Notes: generated from the sequence alone by a model not told the origin. 64,000 nucleotides of DNA from Octopus vulgaris (GCA_951406725.2 OX597828.1:75268001-75332000); one strand, 5' to 3'; shown: positions 26,810 through 41,056, counted from the first letter of the stretch. Made by a program: numbers and translations.

Positions 26810-27119
26810 GACACTCTGTCGCTTGCGACGACGAGCGTTCCAATTGAGACCAACGGAACAGTCAGCTCTTGAAATTAGTGTGCAAGTGGCTGAGGTACGT
26901 CATAGACACGCGTACCCATATTGTAGGTTTCAGGGAAACTCAGCGTGACACCAGATGTGACAAGGCTGGCCCTTTGTCTATCTCCAGTTTTTGCCAGTTG
27001 AGTGGACTGGAACAACGTGAAATAATGTGTCTTGCTCAAGCACATAACGCGTCGCCGGAAATTGAACTCAGGACCTTACGATCTCAAAGCGAACACCCTA
27101 ACCAGCAATCCACGCGCCT
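26810..27119 (-). mobile_element. SINE family C copy (tRNA head, CORE-like segment and tail)
   Basis: Minus strand GGCGCGTGGATTGCTGGTTAGGGTGTTCGC...GAGTTCAATTTCC...TGTGCTTGAGCAAGACAC; tail shared with 63689. Confidence 0.8.
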
Positions 27120-27314
27120 ATATATATATGACACAACATTTTGGAAATAAATTTGGAAGCATCGAAAGTGTTTCTGATTTTACAGACGAGAAATTTATTT
27201 TCTTGTCTGTAGGGACATGTAGTAAAGATTCCTGTAGAAAATAGCGTTGAATAAAGGGACATCCTTGATCTAACTCTCACTTATACATAGACGTTATCAG
27301 CGTTTTATGTTTAT

Positions 27315-27358
<44 letters not shown>

Positions 27359-27634
27359 GTGTGTGTGTGGAAGGATCCTGAGCACCCCTACGTGGGTGAA
27401 AGTGACTAACGCATTTCAATAAGATAAAGAAACTGTATGAACTCTGAATAGTTGACAGCGGACAGTTGACATCGTTGATCGTCTGTATTGGTTCCTGTGT
27501 TAGTTTGGAGCGGTACGGAGTGCGTTCCGTGTGTGAGTATCAATTCTGCGAAAGGTTATTCTAGATAACCATATCCAAATATCTATTTGGATAATACTAT
27601 TCTTACACTCTTGCGCATAACTCACGTCATAACA

Positions 27635-27877
27635 GTATGTATGTATGTATGTATGTATGTATGTATGTATGTATGTATGTATGTATGTATGTATGTATGT
27701 ATGTATGTTATGTATGTATGTATGTATGTATGTATGTATGTATGTGTGTATGTGTGTATGTATGTATGTATGTATGTATGTATGTTATGTATGTATGTAT
27801 GTATGTATGTATGTTATGTATGTATGTATGTTATGTATGTATGTATGTATGTATGTATGTATGTATGTATGTATGTA

Positions 27878-27908
<31 letters not shown>

Positions 27909-27940
27909 ATGTATGTATGTATGTATGTATGTGTGTATGT
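27635..27940. repeat. (TATG)n microsatellite
   Basis: Directly visible. Confidence 0.95.
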
Positions 27941-28357
27941 GTTAGCACAAATCGGTGCATCAAGTCAGGAAATTTGACGTCAAGCAGTTAACTTAGTCGA
28001 TGAATGAAACAAATAAAGGAATGAAAATCCTAAGAGAATATGACGTCACCCACCCAGGGAAGAATCAAACGGAGCAATTGATTATATCGATGCCAATAGA
28101 TAAGTTGTACTTGTGATTCAACTTACGAAGGATGGTAAAATGAAGTCGAATCCCGGAGTTAGAAGAGGCAAATGAAAAGGGAGGTAACTTAACACCGGAA
28201 GTAATTTATTCACTATTACTTTATTGATTTTACTTTGCCATTGTTTCTGCAAACACAAACACGAACATTGCTACAAAGCCAGAGCTTTGTGGGTCAATTT
28301 GTTGACGTCAGATAAAAATACATTGAAATCATCTTGTCAAATGGATGTCATAAAACT

Positions 28358-28666
28358 GCTCCTCGGTCGTTTACGACGACGACGACGAGGGTTCCAGTGA
28401 ATCCTATCAACGGAACAGTGAATTCGTGGAATTCACGTGCAAGTGTCCGAGTATTCCAAAGACACGCATATCATTGATAGTTCTCACGGAGATGCGTCGT
28501 GACATAGAATGTGACAAGGCAGGTCCCCTTTTAATTACAGGTACTGCTCGTTTTTGTCAGTCGAGTGGACTGAGGCAACGAGAAATAAAGTGTCTTGCTG
28601 AAGGTCACAGCAACCGTGATCTTACGATCGGGATCCGAATACTCGAACCACTCTGATATGCACCTA
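28358..28666 (-). mobile_element. SINE family C copy
   Basis: Colinear with 26810-27119 (GACGACGAGGGTTCCAG...GTGACAAGGC...AAATAAAGTGTCTTGCT). Confidence 0.75.
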
Positions 28667-29901
28667 CACAATGGATGCAACATAAAACTAAACACTAGGA
28701 TGCGAACTCACTGAATAGATGTTCCTAAACGTATCAAAATATTCCACCCAACCTTGGTTTTCTATCGATTCTGTCATCCCCCCCCCAGCACCTTCTCTCC
28801 AGGGACATAAATATAAGACAGTTTAGATTTAGGAATTCTACTAAATGTTCCAAAATTAACTTATCACATAACATAATCGTTACAGACATTTATTTTCAAT
28901 AAATATAAAGTTTTTTTCTTTATATTTTTTTCTCAGTTATCTTTTGATTTTTTCTTTTACACATTCAACCACATACACACATAATACATGTACAACCACC
29001 CTACATGTCCATACACTCCAGAAACCCACATGCATATCTATATACACAGAAATACATCGGCACAAACACACACAAAAAACGCATCCATCCGCCCACACAA
29101 TCACGCCCCAATACATATATATGTGAGTGCGCATGTGTGCGTCTATTCGTGTCCATCTCCAGCCTTTTTTTTTATGTACCTATCACCTTCATCTCTCGCC
29201 TCTTTCTCTCTATACACACAACCAATCTATAGATTCTGTCTGTCTCAGATATTAAAGTCTTTGTTCGGAACGCACATCTCACAAAAAAAAAAGGAATGCA
29301 AAAATTTATATATGTATATAAAAAAATAAATCTATATGAAGTATATAAAAAGGACAAAAAAGAAAACTTCCTTTCACTGTAGAATGATTCTCAACTTCCG
29401 CCAATCAAATCACTTTACCAACTTCGCATTTTTATTTTTATATGTTTACTGTTTATTTTTATATAATTTTAACTTTTTTATGTGAACCAATGTGACATTA
29501 CTTACTTTCAACCAGTTTGAACCAGGCTAAGCCAGTGCAGACTGGACCAGACAGCCCAAGCAGTACCTAACCACACGCCATTTTTTATAAGACCAAAACG
29601 AGGCCAGACTAAAGAAAACTTGAAATGTCTTTATTTCTTTCTTCATTTGTCCTTCTCCCCAGTAACACATGCTTCCCGCAATCTACCAACTCTTCCCACC
29701 ACCCATAGCATCCAAAATTCAAGTGTCCTAATAATTGGTACGCTTCGGTGAGTGGAAATACTTGATTCAGATGTACACATTTTATGTCTCATATTGTTTT
29801 GGTGTTTTCATTATAAAAATATAAAGATGGGATTCTTGACTATATTGATAATAATGATAATAATAATGAAGAAGAAGAAGAAGAAGAAGAAGAAGAAGAA
29901 G

Positions 29902-29934
<33 letters not shown>

Positions 29935-30027
29935 AAGTGAAAGAAGAAAGAAATGTCTGGAAATCACATAAAATTAACCATCAACTTCCATTCAAATCAC
30001 TTTTAATGTTTTATTCATAGTATTTTC

Positions 30028-30075
<48 letters not shown>

Positions 30076-30129
30076 CGTCGTCGTCATCATCATCATCATC
30101 ATCATCATCATCACTATAACCATCATTAA

Positions 30130-30325
30130 AGCAGTGAGTTGGTATAACCGTTAGCGCGTCGGACAAAATGCTTAGCGACATTTCTGTTTCTTCCAACTCA
30201 TTCATTACATTCTGTGTTCCAACTCTGCCGAAGTCGATTTTCTCTTTTCCCATTTTTCAGGACTGGATTCGATGTAATTGACTGGATCCTTACTCCTAAA
30301 TTTGCTCACCAGCTGCCGAAATTTT
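30130..30325 (+). mobile_element. Decayed SINE family A copy
   Basis: GTGAGTTGGTATAACCGTTAGCGCGTCGGACAAAATGCTTAGCGACATTTC...GCCGAAGTCGATTTT. Confidence 0.6.
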
Positions 30326-30409
30326 AAAGAAGAGCTGAGTGTACGTGTCAAAACACCGCTCTTTGAAAGTTGTAGAGTTTACGGAGTCATGCCTCAGAAA
30401 TAAAAGTCT

Positions 30410-30787
30410 ACAGGAGTGGCTGTGTGGTAAGTAGCTTGCTTACATGGATCTGGGTTAGTCACACTGCGTGGCATCTAGGGCAAATGTCTTCTACTATAGC
30501 CTCGGGCCGACCAAAACCTTGTGGGTGGATTTGGTAGACGAAAACTGAAAGAAGCCTGTCATATATATATATATGCATATGTGTATGTGTGTTTGTTCCC
30601 CCCCCCCCAACATCGCTTGATAACCGATGCTGGTGTGTTTACGTCCCCGTAACTTAGCGGTTCGGCAAAAGAGACCGATAGAATAAGTCCGAGGCTTACA
30701 AAGAATAAGTTCTGGGGATCGATTTTCTCGAGTAAAGGCGGTGCTCCAGCATGGTCGCAGTCAAATGACTGAATCGAATAAAAGAAT
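30410..30787 (+). mobile_element. SINE family B copy
   Basis: CAGGAGTGGCTGTGTGGTAAGTAGCTTGC...CGTAACTTAGCGGTTCGGCAAAAGAGACCGATAG...CAGTCAAATGACTGAA. Confidence 0.88.
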
Positions 30788-32097
30788 AACATGTACAAAA
30801 AAAAAAACGACCCCCCCCCCCAATAGTAGCAGAATACAATAACCATAATAACAGAAATAATTTCGTCAGAATCAACCGAGAGGAAACTGTGTTGACCAAC
30901 ATTGAAATCTGGACAAACTTTGAAATCAGGATTGTGTAACTGAAGTATTACATAAATGAGTTCACATTTGTGAGGATGGATGGTCATCAGGTGGATCAAT
31001 GGAGAAGCATAAGAAAGTGCATGTGCATGTGTGTATAATATATACACATTAAATACAGATTAGCATCGCCGTCACTCGCAAGGGAGTATGGCCTGGTAGG
31101 TTGTACCATACTTTTGCTATTTGCTTTAGGCGTTTAGATCGCCAGCGAAAGAGAGAGTGAGAGAGGCGGAGGGAGAGGAAGAGGAGGGAGAGGAGAGAGT
31201 GGGAAGAGAGAGGGGGAGAGAGAGAAGTGACATATCAGTAAGTGAGACTCATTTACAGTTGGGTTGAGTGGACTTAATGTAAAATGATAAGCTTTTATCA
31301 AGGTCGCATCGTGCAAGCCGTAGCAGCTAGGTCCTGGAATGGAACTTGCGATCTAATGCTTGTGCACCGAACACCTTAACCACTAGACCACGATCTTCAC
31401 ATAGCATGTGTGTGTGTGTGTGTGTGTGTTTTATATATTAACTGTACTGAGTTAGTGAGTGTTGAGGAGTCGAAATTTATTTCTAAGAGAATAACCGATG
31501 ACGACAAATTGAAATCAAGAATGGTTCTTTCTCTACGACCGCTTTCTTGTTGGAGCCAGTGGCACTGGCAAATGTGACTGACTGCTGATAAATGGTAAAT
31601 GGTAAATGATGATAAATGGTAAATGCAAGAAAGAGCACCGGACAGATTCGGGAAATTCAAAATTGCAGAAGGAAAGTACAAACTATCTCCTCTACGAGCT
31701 TCTTCATTTGTGCATATATCTGTGTGTGCGATTTTTACATCATATCCATTCGTCTGTCTGTCTGTCTGTCTATCTATAGAATCCATAAATTAGAAAATAA
31801 ATGCACTCGTATGTTCGTCAGTGGAGTGGACATGTTAATCGATGTGCATAGTATTATATATCCATTACGGCCGATCTTACCGATCGATTTCGTACCACGG
31901 GCTTGACGGAGTGTTAGGTAACAGTCCAATTATGTAACAGAACGCTCTTCAGAGATGACAGTTATGAAATGAAATATATGTGTGTGTGTGTATGCACACA
32001 GAAAACGAGGAGTTTAAGTCAAGGTAACCAAACTAAACTAAAGAAATCTTAAATGCCATAGGCCTGTCTTGGTTAAATGTCTTCCACACATGCTTGT

Positions 32098-32303
32098 CTT
32101 TTATTCTTTCACTTGTTTCAGTCATTTGACTTTGGCCATGCTGAAGCACCGCCTTTAGTCGGACAAATCCACCCCAGGACTTATTTCTTTGTAAGCCTAG
32201 TGCTTATTGTATGGGTCTCTTTTGCCGACTCACCAAGTTACGGGGACGTAAACGCACCAGCATCGGTTGTGAAGCAATGGTGGGGAACAAACACAGACAC
32301 ACA

Positions 32304-32334
<31 letters not shown>

Positions 32335-32494
32335 CACGGGCTTCTTTCAGTTTCCGTCTACCAAATCCACTCACAAGGCTTTGGTCGGCCCGAGGCTATA
32401 GTAGAAGACATTTACCCAAGGTGTCACGCAGTGGGATTGAACCCTGAACCATGTGGTTGGTAAGCAAGGTTCTTACCACACAGGCACGCCTGTG

Positions 32495-32497
<3 letters not shown>
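32098..32497 (-). mobile_element. SINE family B copy
   Basis: Full-length reverse complement of the 51881 copy. Confidence 0.88.
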
Positions 32498-32543
<46 letters not shown>

Positions 32544-32831
32544 TAGTAAAAAAACCCAAAATATATTCGTTATGAGCCAAATCTTAAATGTTATATTTTG
32601 GATTTAAATTTTCAATCACCTGAAGAAAACGGTTTTTCTCATCATGTAATCCATTTGTTCATCAATAGAAAATGCGTCTGGAACAGCTGCAGCAAACCTC
32701 AGCCCATTTCTGTTCTTACTCACATATAATATATATATATATATATATACTTAAATATATATACATACATACATAAATAAATACCTACATATATACACAG
32801 ACATACATATACACACACATGTATGTATATG

Positions 32832-32874
<43 letters not shown>

Positions 32875-33481
32875 ACATACATACACACATACATACACAC
32901 ATACATACACACACATACACACCTACATATATACAGCCATACATATACACATATACATATATACAGTCACACACACATATGCACAAACACACACACACAC
33001 ACACACCTATATATCTGCTAGCTAAACTGAATATGATTAGGGTCTCCTGTATCACCTTTTAATCCCTTCTCCTATGCACGGCGCATTTTAATAGAAGAAA
33101 CTCACAGAAATTTGTGCGGCTTGGGAGAATAAATGAAATATTGTATATTATTATACATGCATCTTTTACTTTATGCATTATTTATACATGCACGTGCATA
33201 TGTATGTTTACACATACACACACACATATATAGATTACAAAAATGTACACACACACACATATATATATGCATACATATACATGCATACGTAATATACACA
33301 CATATACACAGATGATATCTATATCTTCACATGTATGCACATATATACACATATACACATATTATATGTACATGCATATACGTACACACACATATACATG
33401 CGTACACAATTTACACACTTTATACGCACATATATTGAAGCATACACATATAAACATACATTATACGCACACACACACACG

Positions 33482-33515
<34 letters not shown>

Positions 33516-33621
33516 CATGCATAATACATCCCCCCACACACACACACTCTCGCTCTCCCCCCAAACATGTTACGCATTGATATACATTTCTCTTGGACGC
33601 TTGCACGTTTCATATATAATA

Positions 33622-33736
<115 letters not shown>

Positions 33737-33740
33737 AATA

Positions 33741-33848
<108 letters not shown>

Positions 33849-33979
33849 AACATATATTGCAAAAGTCGCAACATCGATGTTTGAAAACGTGAGAAAGAAG
33901 GGATTCTTGCGAAATGCATACGATTAAAAATAAATAAATAAATAAAACGATTAAAAACAGATAAATAAAATACAATCAT

Positions 33980-34260
33980 AAGTGAAGACAGTGGAACGGG
34001 AAATGTCACGTGCTTGGGGAAGGCGACGTTCTGACATGCGCAGTCTAGATGCTGTTGCCACAATGAACGCCGTCCACTTTGTGTGGCGAGTAGAGAGTCT
34101 GCGCTGGCTGCTTAGTGAGTTTCTCCTCTTTGATCGTCAGCCAATGTTCCGGTCTGTAGGTTTGATGTTCAGTCGTTGTGGAATTGCTTTAGTTGCATCT
34201 CAACCAGTGACCCTATCACGTGTGCGTTTGTGCGCGCGCACATAGTTTGCAATTATGTAA
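33980..34260 (+). promoter_or_regulatory. Candidate promoter/first-exon island
   Basis: Unique, relatively GC/CpG-rich sequence with two TCACGTG E-boxes, CATGCGCA (NRF1-like) and CCAAT, ending in a GTAAG donor-like site at about 34257. Confidence 0.3.
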
Positions 34261-34507
34261 GAAAAAAAACAAACAAGTAAAAAACAAACCAAGAGAAACA
34301 AGAACAAAAACCAACAAAACTGTGCGCACGAAAGACTCTCGTGATGCAATCGAATCTTTCTTTTTTAATTGAAGAAATTTGAGGAATGTTTATTTGCACG
34401 GATGCGCACATGCTTTGCATACAACATGGTACTGAGAGGGATTGAACGCGATTGAGGGCAACGAGGTTAAGATCAAGTGTGTGTGAGTGTGTGCGTGCTT
34501 GTCTACA

Positions 34508-34544
<37 letters not shown>

Positions 34545-34545
<1 letters not shown>

Positions 34546-34924
34546 CTCTATATAAACGGCAGTTTGTCTGTGCGTGTTTCTGTGTGTTTGTTTTCTCGTA
34601 CCCTCACCCTGACCACGGCTTTCAACCGATTCTGATGAAACTTGACACACACATAGCCCAATGTCATAATTCAAAACTAACGCAGCGAAAATTTTGAAAA
34701 GTTCCCCCAGTTCTGAAAAAGATCGATAAATTCGACATGGGGTCGACAATCAGAAACACAAACCACAGATGGTCTAGGGGACGCAACTCGACCTTTTTAA
34801 CTATCAAAAAAAATTTACCATAATTTTTTTTCCCATTTTTTTGCTATTTTTTGGCTATAACTCTCTAAAAATGCTTTACAGTTATTTCCCTTACAAACCC
34901 GAGCAACGCCGGGCGATACTGCTA

Positions 34925-34925
<1 letters not shown>
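34545..34925 (+). mobile_element. Non-autonomous Helitron
   Basis: Canonical termini A|TCTCTATATAAA ... CTAG|T, with subterminal hairpin CCCGAGCAACGCCGGG at 34898-34913; inserted in (TA)n. Confidence 0.88.
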
Positions 34926-34989
<64 letters not shown>

Positions 34990-34990
<1 letters not shown>

Positions 34991-35171
34991 AAGAAAGTTT
35001 ACGAAAAAAACAACAAAAGACGAAGACAGGTAGTGTACAAAACAAAGAGATGTAATAGTATAACGCTCAGGAATAGAAAAAGTATTTTACATTTCGAGTC
35101 TACGCTCTTCTACAGAAAGGGACACAGAAAAAACAAGAAGAGAAAATAAATGTGTGTAGTGGCTAACGATC

Positions 35172-35177
<6 letters not shown>
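34990..35177 (-). mobile_element. Pseudo-LTR-like fragment with a variant hammerhead (35085-35118)
   Basis: Reverse complement of 4850-5015. Minus strand TTT-CTGTAGA-A-GAGCGTAGACTC-GAAA-TG-TA-AAA. Confidence 0.55.
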
Positions 35178-35235
<58 letters not shown>

Positions 35236-35303
35236 TAGTAACACTTGCTGCTGATGGTATTGAAAGAAATTGTAGATAGGCACAGGGTTCTAAGTATCTT
35301 TCA

Positions 35304-35345
<42 letters not shown>

Positions 35346-35402
35346 TATCTATCTGTCTGTCTGTCTGTCTGTCTGTCCATCTATCTATCTATCTATCTAT
35401 CC

Positions 35403-35475
<73 letters not shown>

Positions 35476-35686
35476 ATCTATCATATCTATCTATCTAACT
35501 CTCTAGCTATATTAATAGATAGATAGAGAGCTACATAGCTAGACACCTTCCCCACTGTACGTCTGTATGTATCCTCACGTATGAAGCCATACTCATTGGC
35601 TACTATAAACAAATCGACGTCTCTTTTCAATCAAAATATCATTCGGCGATCAGCCATTCAAATACTTGAAACCTTTCGCCACTTAA

Positions 35687-35742
<56 letters not shown>

Positions 35743-36357
35743 TATTTACAATGTCAGTGGCTTAATTTGAGAATTGCATTTTCCATTGACGGTCTTTAAA
35801 TTATCATCATCACAGGATCCTTTAACTTGGGATTGCTAAAATGTGTGATTTCTTTTATTCATTCAAGGACACTTAGTCTGATCATAGCTGTCCCCTCTTA
35901 CCTGCATGTGTAGATCAGACTTTCCTTCCCTTAAATATGTAAACTAACTTTGAGACATTACTTGCAAACATTTTGAAATTATCTCCCCTTTTTCTCTTCA
36001 TCTACTTACACTACCACTAGGTCTTAGGTTTCTTTCTTCAACTAAATGGCAAATTTGACTTATGAAGATTTTGCGTTCAACATTCTGTACGCCAGTGTCG
36101 AACTTGCTTAATCTTCCGTTAATTCAATTTTCGTAATCTGTGATATCATTCTTTAATCCCTTTCAGTTAAAAGTGTTTCATTTATTATATATTCAAATTA
36201 TTTATATCAGCTTTTCTCAACCATTTTTGTACCTATGGACCCTTCTTGGTCCCTATTTTATTCGGATGGACCCTCATAGCTATTCGATATTTAAAAAAAT
36301 CTATTATATTCACATAATTAAATATTACTGGGAATTGTCTAAAACGAATTCTTTTAT

Positions 36358-36556
36358 TGACTGCGGCCATGCTGGAGTACCGCCTTTAGTCGAAGAAATC
36401 GACCCCAGGACTTATTCTTTGTAAGCCTACTACTTATTCTATCCGTCTCTTTTGTCGAATCGCTAAGTTACGGGGACGTAAACACACTAGCATCGTTTAT
36501 CAAGTGATGGTGGGGGCACAAGCACAGACACACACACATACATACATGCATACATA

Positions 36557-36596
<40 letters not shown>

Positions 36597-36951
36597 ATGT
36601 ACAGCAGTATTAATAAAATAGATGGAGTGAGTAAAATATTTTATTGGGTACGACACATGTTTCGACCCATTCTGGGTCTCTTCGGATACATCAAATAAAA
36701 AAAGCCTTACTAGAGATTTTCTGATTCGGTTTTACATACCGCCATATGTCCGTCAATTCTGAGAATATAAATATATATAAATAGATAGATAGATAAATAG
36801 ATGGTATATATATATATATATATACGACGTGCTTGTTACAGTTTCCGCCTACCAAGTCCACTGACAGGGCTTTGATCGGCCCGGGGCTTCAATAGAAGAC
36901 ACCTGCCCAAGATGGGAAGCAAGCTTCTTACTCCACAGCCACGCCTGCGCC
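36358..36951 (-). mobile_element. SINE family B copy interrupted in its internal microsatellite by an insert of about 170 bp
   Basis: The 3' half (36358-36535) and 5' half (36825-36951) both match family B. Confidence 0.8.
36648..36689 (-). ncRNA. Minimal type I hammerhead ribozyme motif
   Basis: Minus strand GTAT-CCGAAGA-GACCCA-GAA-TGGGTC-GAAA-CATGTG-TC-GTAC: 6-bp stem II, short stem III and a GUC triplet. Core U4 is C. Confidence 0.7.
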
Positions 36952-37214
36952 TTCTTAAAATGTTTTGCAAATTGTAAATGCATAACAATTGATTGCAAAT
37001 AAATTTGAACAGCAAAATTTCACCTGGATCCCCCTCCCCCCCAGGGCCATATGGACTCCGATTGAGAATCGCTGATTTATATTAATGATTGTTACACCTT
37101 CGTCTTCATCTTTAATTAATTTTTAATCATTCTCCTAACCTACCCGCTACCACCTCGCCTCCCATATCAGCCTCCACCATTTACCACTCACCTATACCGT
37201 CTTTCGCTTTCGGG

Positions 37215-37570
37215 TCAATCAAATCGTCTCTATGTGGATTCTGGAACAACTAAAAATAACAGCCAAATCTCGATCAAATCGCAGCCTGATCTTTTAACAG
37301 ATTCTATCATTGAAAAATATAAAATGTTTCAATTGCACATATTCTGAGATTATTAATATTTCCTCCACTCTGGGTTTGATAGAAAATTCTGACAAGTTTC
37401 AGGCAGTTTATGACAAAAAAAAATAATAATAGTAATAAAAAAAATAAATATATGTATAGTGTAGTCCAGATTTCAAAAACGTCTTGGAAAAAGATTGGAT
37501 AGTCACGGCTGGATTGCATTTGATCATGATCTGCATAGATATATTTGACCTGGGGCTAAACAACAACATC
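37215..37570 (+). mobile_element. Decayed family D dispersed repeat (SINE-like 3' region)
   Basis: AAATAACAGCCAAATCTC...ATAGTCACGGCTGGA...TTTGATCATG...GACCTGGGGCTAAACAACAAC. Related segments occur at about 45300, 47495, 52510(-), 55665(-) and 60940. Confidence 0.55.
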
Positions 37571-38274
37571 AATATCAACACCGCCTCTCACCCTCATTCC
37601 CACCCCACACTCTTTTATAAACTTCGACAGACACAACTTCTATCAAATTTCTTCCTCACTCTCTCTCTCGCTCTCTCTCTCTCTCTTTCAATAATTCAGC
37701 TGCCCCTCCCCCACCACCTCTACACACCATGTGTGTTCCTCACTACACAATATCGCTCACCATCACCATCACCACCACCACCACACCCAGCCACCATCCC
37801 ACCCATCCACCCCTGTGCCATACACGGTTGGCTTGCTTTCCTTTTGGTTTCTTCGATCAGGTTGTCTGTCGCCACTGTTCTGTGATTATTTGCCAAACTG
37901 GACTGGAAGCATTCCTCACTCATAACCTCCTCACCACACACACACACACACACACACTGTCTCTTCATTATACACATGAAATATGTATACGCTTAGACAC
38001 ACACACACACACACACATACATATGCATATATACATTCATACACAAATAATTGAACAGACATAATTACAACACGCATTTACATACATAATTATATACATT
38101 CATTTTCACGCACGTACACACACATGTGATTGCACATATAGATCACATACATACACTCATACATATTTATAGACACGGACAAAACTAAAAGAAAAAAACA
38201 CAAAACAATGCTAAAGTAGAATACATACAAACATAACTAATCGACAACACACACACACACACAAACGCGCGCGC

Positions 38275-38336
<62 letters not shown>

Positions 38337-38468
38337 ACACGTCATTTTCGTTTCGTTGTTTTGAAATTAATTTTTTTTATCAATGCTGACAATGTTATAG
38401 GTTTGATTAGGCTGTAAATTTTGACGTTTACTAAATGAAATATCACGCAATTTTTATGTTCCAATACA

Positions 38469-38502
<34 letters not shown>

Positions 38503-38924
38503 GATAGATATATGCACGCACATACACACATGTATGTTTATATATGTATGTATGCGTATGTTTACACACACAAATCATTGAACAAGCGTTAGAAAACAAA
38601 GGAGGAATTAAATATTTTTTATAATTATAGTATGGAATCAATCACAATATATTACTCTGAGTATCGGATAATATGCAGGGAGTATTCGTTTAGAGGTTGA
38701 TCAAATGTTTAAAAGCAATAGTGTGAAAATTGTCAGACATATATCGGCTCTTGATATCAGTAGCCTCCCCAGGCTTACTTCCGATTTACATATGACCATA
38801 TACACACACACGCGCTCACAAGCATAGATAAAGTGCCCCGTCAGAATTGCAGACATAATTTGAATCCTAATGCAGACAGACATTAAATTTTCGCAGGTGA
38901 ATCTGATTGCAAGTTGTGACAGAA

Positions 38925-39430
38925 GCAAGACAAATCTTCTAGGAAAGGAAATTGATGTCCAAGTGTGACCGGAAGTGCGAGAACATAGCTGAAGTGCGAG
39001 AACACTCGGTTTATAAGAGACTTTCAAAATGATCCATTAACGTGATTCGCCATTACTACCAACAGAGTTAAGTTCGAAGCAGAGGGAACATCTGAGACAC
39101 CAATGAGAGGTGGTGGTCGTCTCCATGTCGCAAAGTAAAGAAACAGAAGGACTTCTTTGAATTGTTCGGCGAACAACGCGTGTCACAGATCTCAAAAGCG
39201 AGCGTTTATCGCCTATTGAATAGTGTTTATTGGTCAGGTTTTATTGAAATAATTGGTCCACGCCCTCATTGTTCCCAAATATCAAAATGAAACGATTAGT
39301 GATATAAACAATTCCATCTGTCCGCATTATCAACAGTGCTTGAGTAAGAAGGGTCTCCCGTTGGAATATCTTCCACAACTAAAAAAAGATTGTACTCGTA
39401 CCGCGATTTTTTTGTGGCTCAGATTATCGC
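38925..39430 (+). pseudogene. Decayed, internally deleted Tc1/mariner-superfamily transposase (DUF4817-like HTH)
   Basis: ERKLMSKCDRKCENIAEVR...RDFQNDPLT*FAITTNRVKFEAEGT...GGR, and later GLPLEYLPQLKKDCTRTAIFLW (resembles WPPRSPDLTPLDFFLW). Confidence 0.6.
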
Positions 39431-39508
39431 ACAGGGCGAGAATCTTTAAAGACGGGCTAAAATATCAGTATTGAACTGACATATGCAGTACACACACTCA
39501 TACTCACT

Positions 39509-39554
<46 letters not shown>

Positions 39555-39613
39555 ACCACATATACATATGTGCGCGAACACACATACATATATATGTACA
39601 TGCACACACACAT

Positions 39614-39671
<58 letters not shown>

Positions 39672-39964
39672 ATATATACAAACATAGACAGATGGCTAGA
39701 TAGATAAATAGATAGATAGATAAACAGACAGATAGAACGAAAGATAGAAGATAGATAGGTGGATAGATAGATCGATAGATAGACAGGCAGAGTAAGTGTG
39801 AGAGAAGCAAGAGAAAGAAGGCAGCAGAACCCGCAAAACCTAAATGCTGCTATCAACATTGATTAGAATTGACTCAACATTCAGTATTGAGTACTTTTTT
39901 CAGATGCATGTCTAGTGCAATTATGATAAAACCAACGATTATCTATCTATATATGTAAGTACGT

Positions 39965-40050
39965 ACACATACATACATACATACATACATATGTACATAC
40001 ATACATACGTTATATACATACATACATACATGCATACATACATACATACA

Positions 40051-40081
<31 letters not shown>

Positions 40082-40111
40082 CATACATACATACATACAT
40101 GCATACATACA

Positions 40112-40142
<31 letters not shown>

Positions 40143-40330
40143 CATACATGCATACATACATACATGCATACATACATACATACATACATACATACATACA
40201 TACATACATGCATACATACATACATACATACATTACATACATACATACATACATATATACATACATACATACATTACATACATATATATACATATACATA
40301 TATACATACGCACACATACATATGTATGTG
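39965..40330. repeat. (CATA)n microsatellite
   Basis: Directly visible. Confidence 0.95.
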
Positions 40331-40799
40331 CGTGTCTGTAGGAGAGTAATATCTGTAGCAAGACTGAAGGTCGGCTCCATTCTGAGATAATGAAACATTT
40401 GGCACATTGACAACCGTGTCAAGTTGTAAATGTGTCAGGGAAGGCCTAGATTCAATTCTGGTCGAACACACAAAATCAGAATGGATGGGTGGAACCGAGA
40501 GTACATGCGCGCGTGTTTGAGGGAGTTATGAAAACTTGGCACTTTAAACTAACGTATCATTACGCCCCAAATTTATTGCAGTGAGGATGTAGCTCAAACG
40601 GTGATGTAAGGCCCTCACACTGTACCTATTTACAGCCAGGGAGACTGAGGCAGTGGTGAATTAAAAGTCGTGGCCACAATCACAATGGTGGAGACTGGAA
40701 ACGAACAACTGACCCCCCCCCCCCGGCAAATTGTGATTATCTTGATGCCTTCTCTGTTACTTAACATTCCATTTACGAAAAACAATATTGCATACCGAT

Positions 40800-40958
40800 C
40801 TTGGCTCTGTGGTGAGAAGCTCGCTTCCCAACCACATAGTTCCGGGTTCAGTTCCATTGCAGGGAACCATGAGGAAGTATCTTCTACTTTAACCTCGGGC
40901 TGACAAACGCTTTGAGAGTGGATTTGGTAGACTGAAACTGAAAGAAGCCCGTCGTGTG

Positions 40959-40960
<2 letters not shown>
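40800..40960 (+). mobile_element. 5' half of SINE family B
   Basis: TGGCTCTGTGGTGAGAAGC...TTCCGGGTTCAGTTCCA...GGATTTGGTAGACTGAAACTGAAAGAAGCCCGTCG. Confidence 0.8.
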
Positions 40961-41016
<56 letters not shown>

Positions 41017-41056
41017 AATGGGTAAGAAGTTAATGAGTGCGTGCGTTACATAAATA

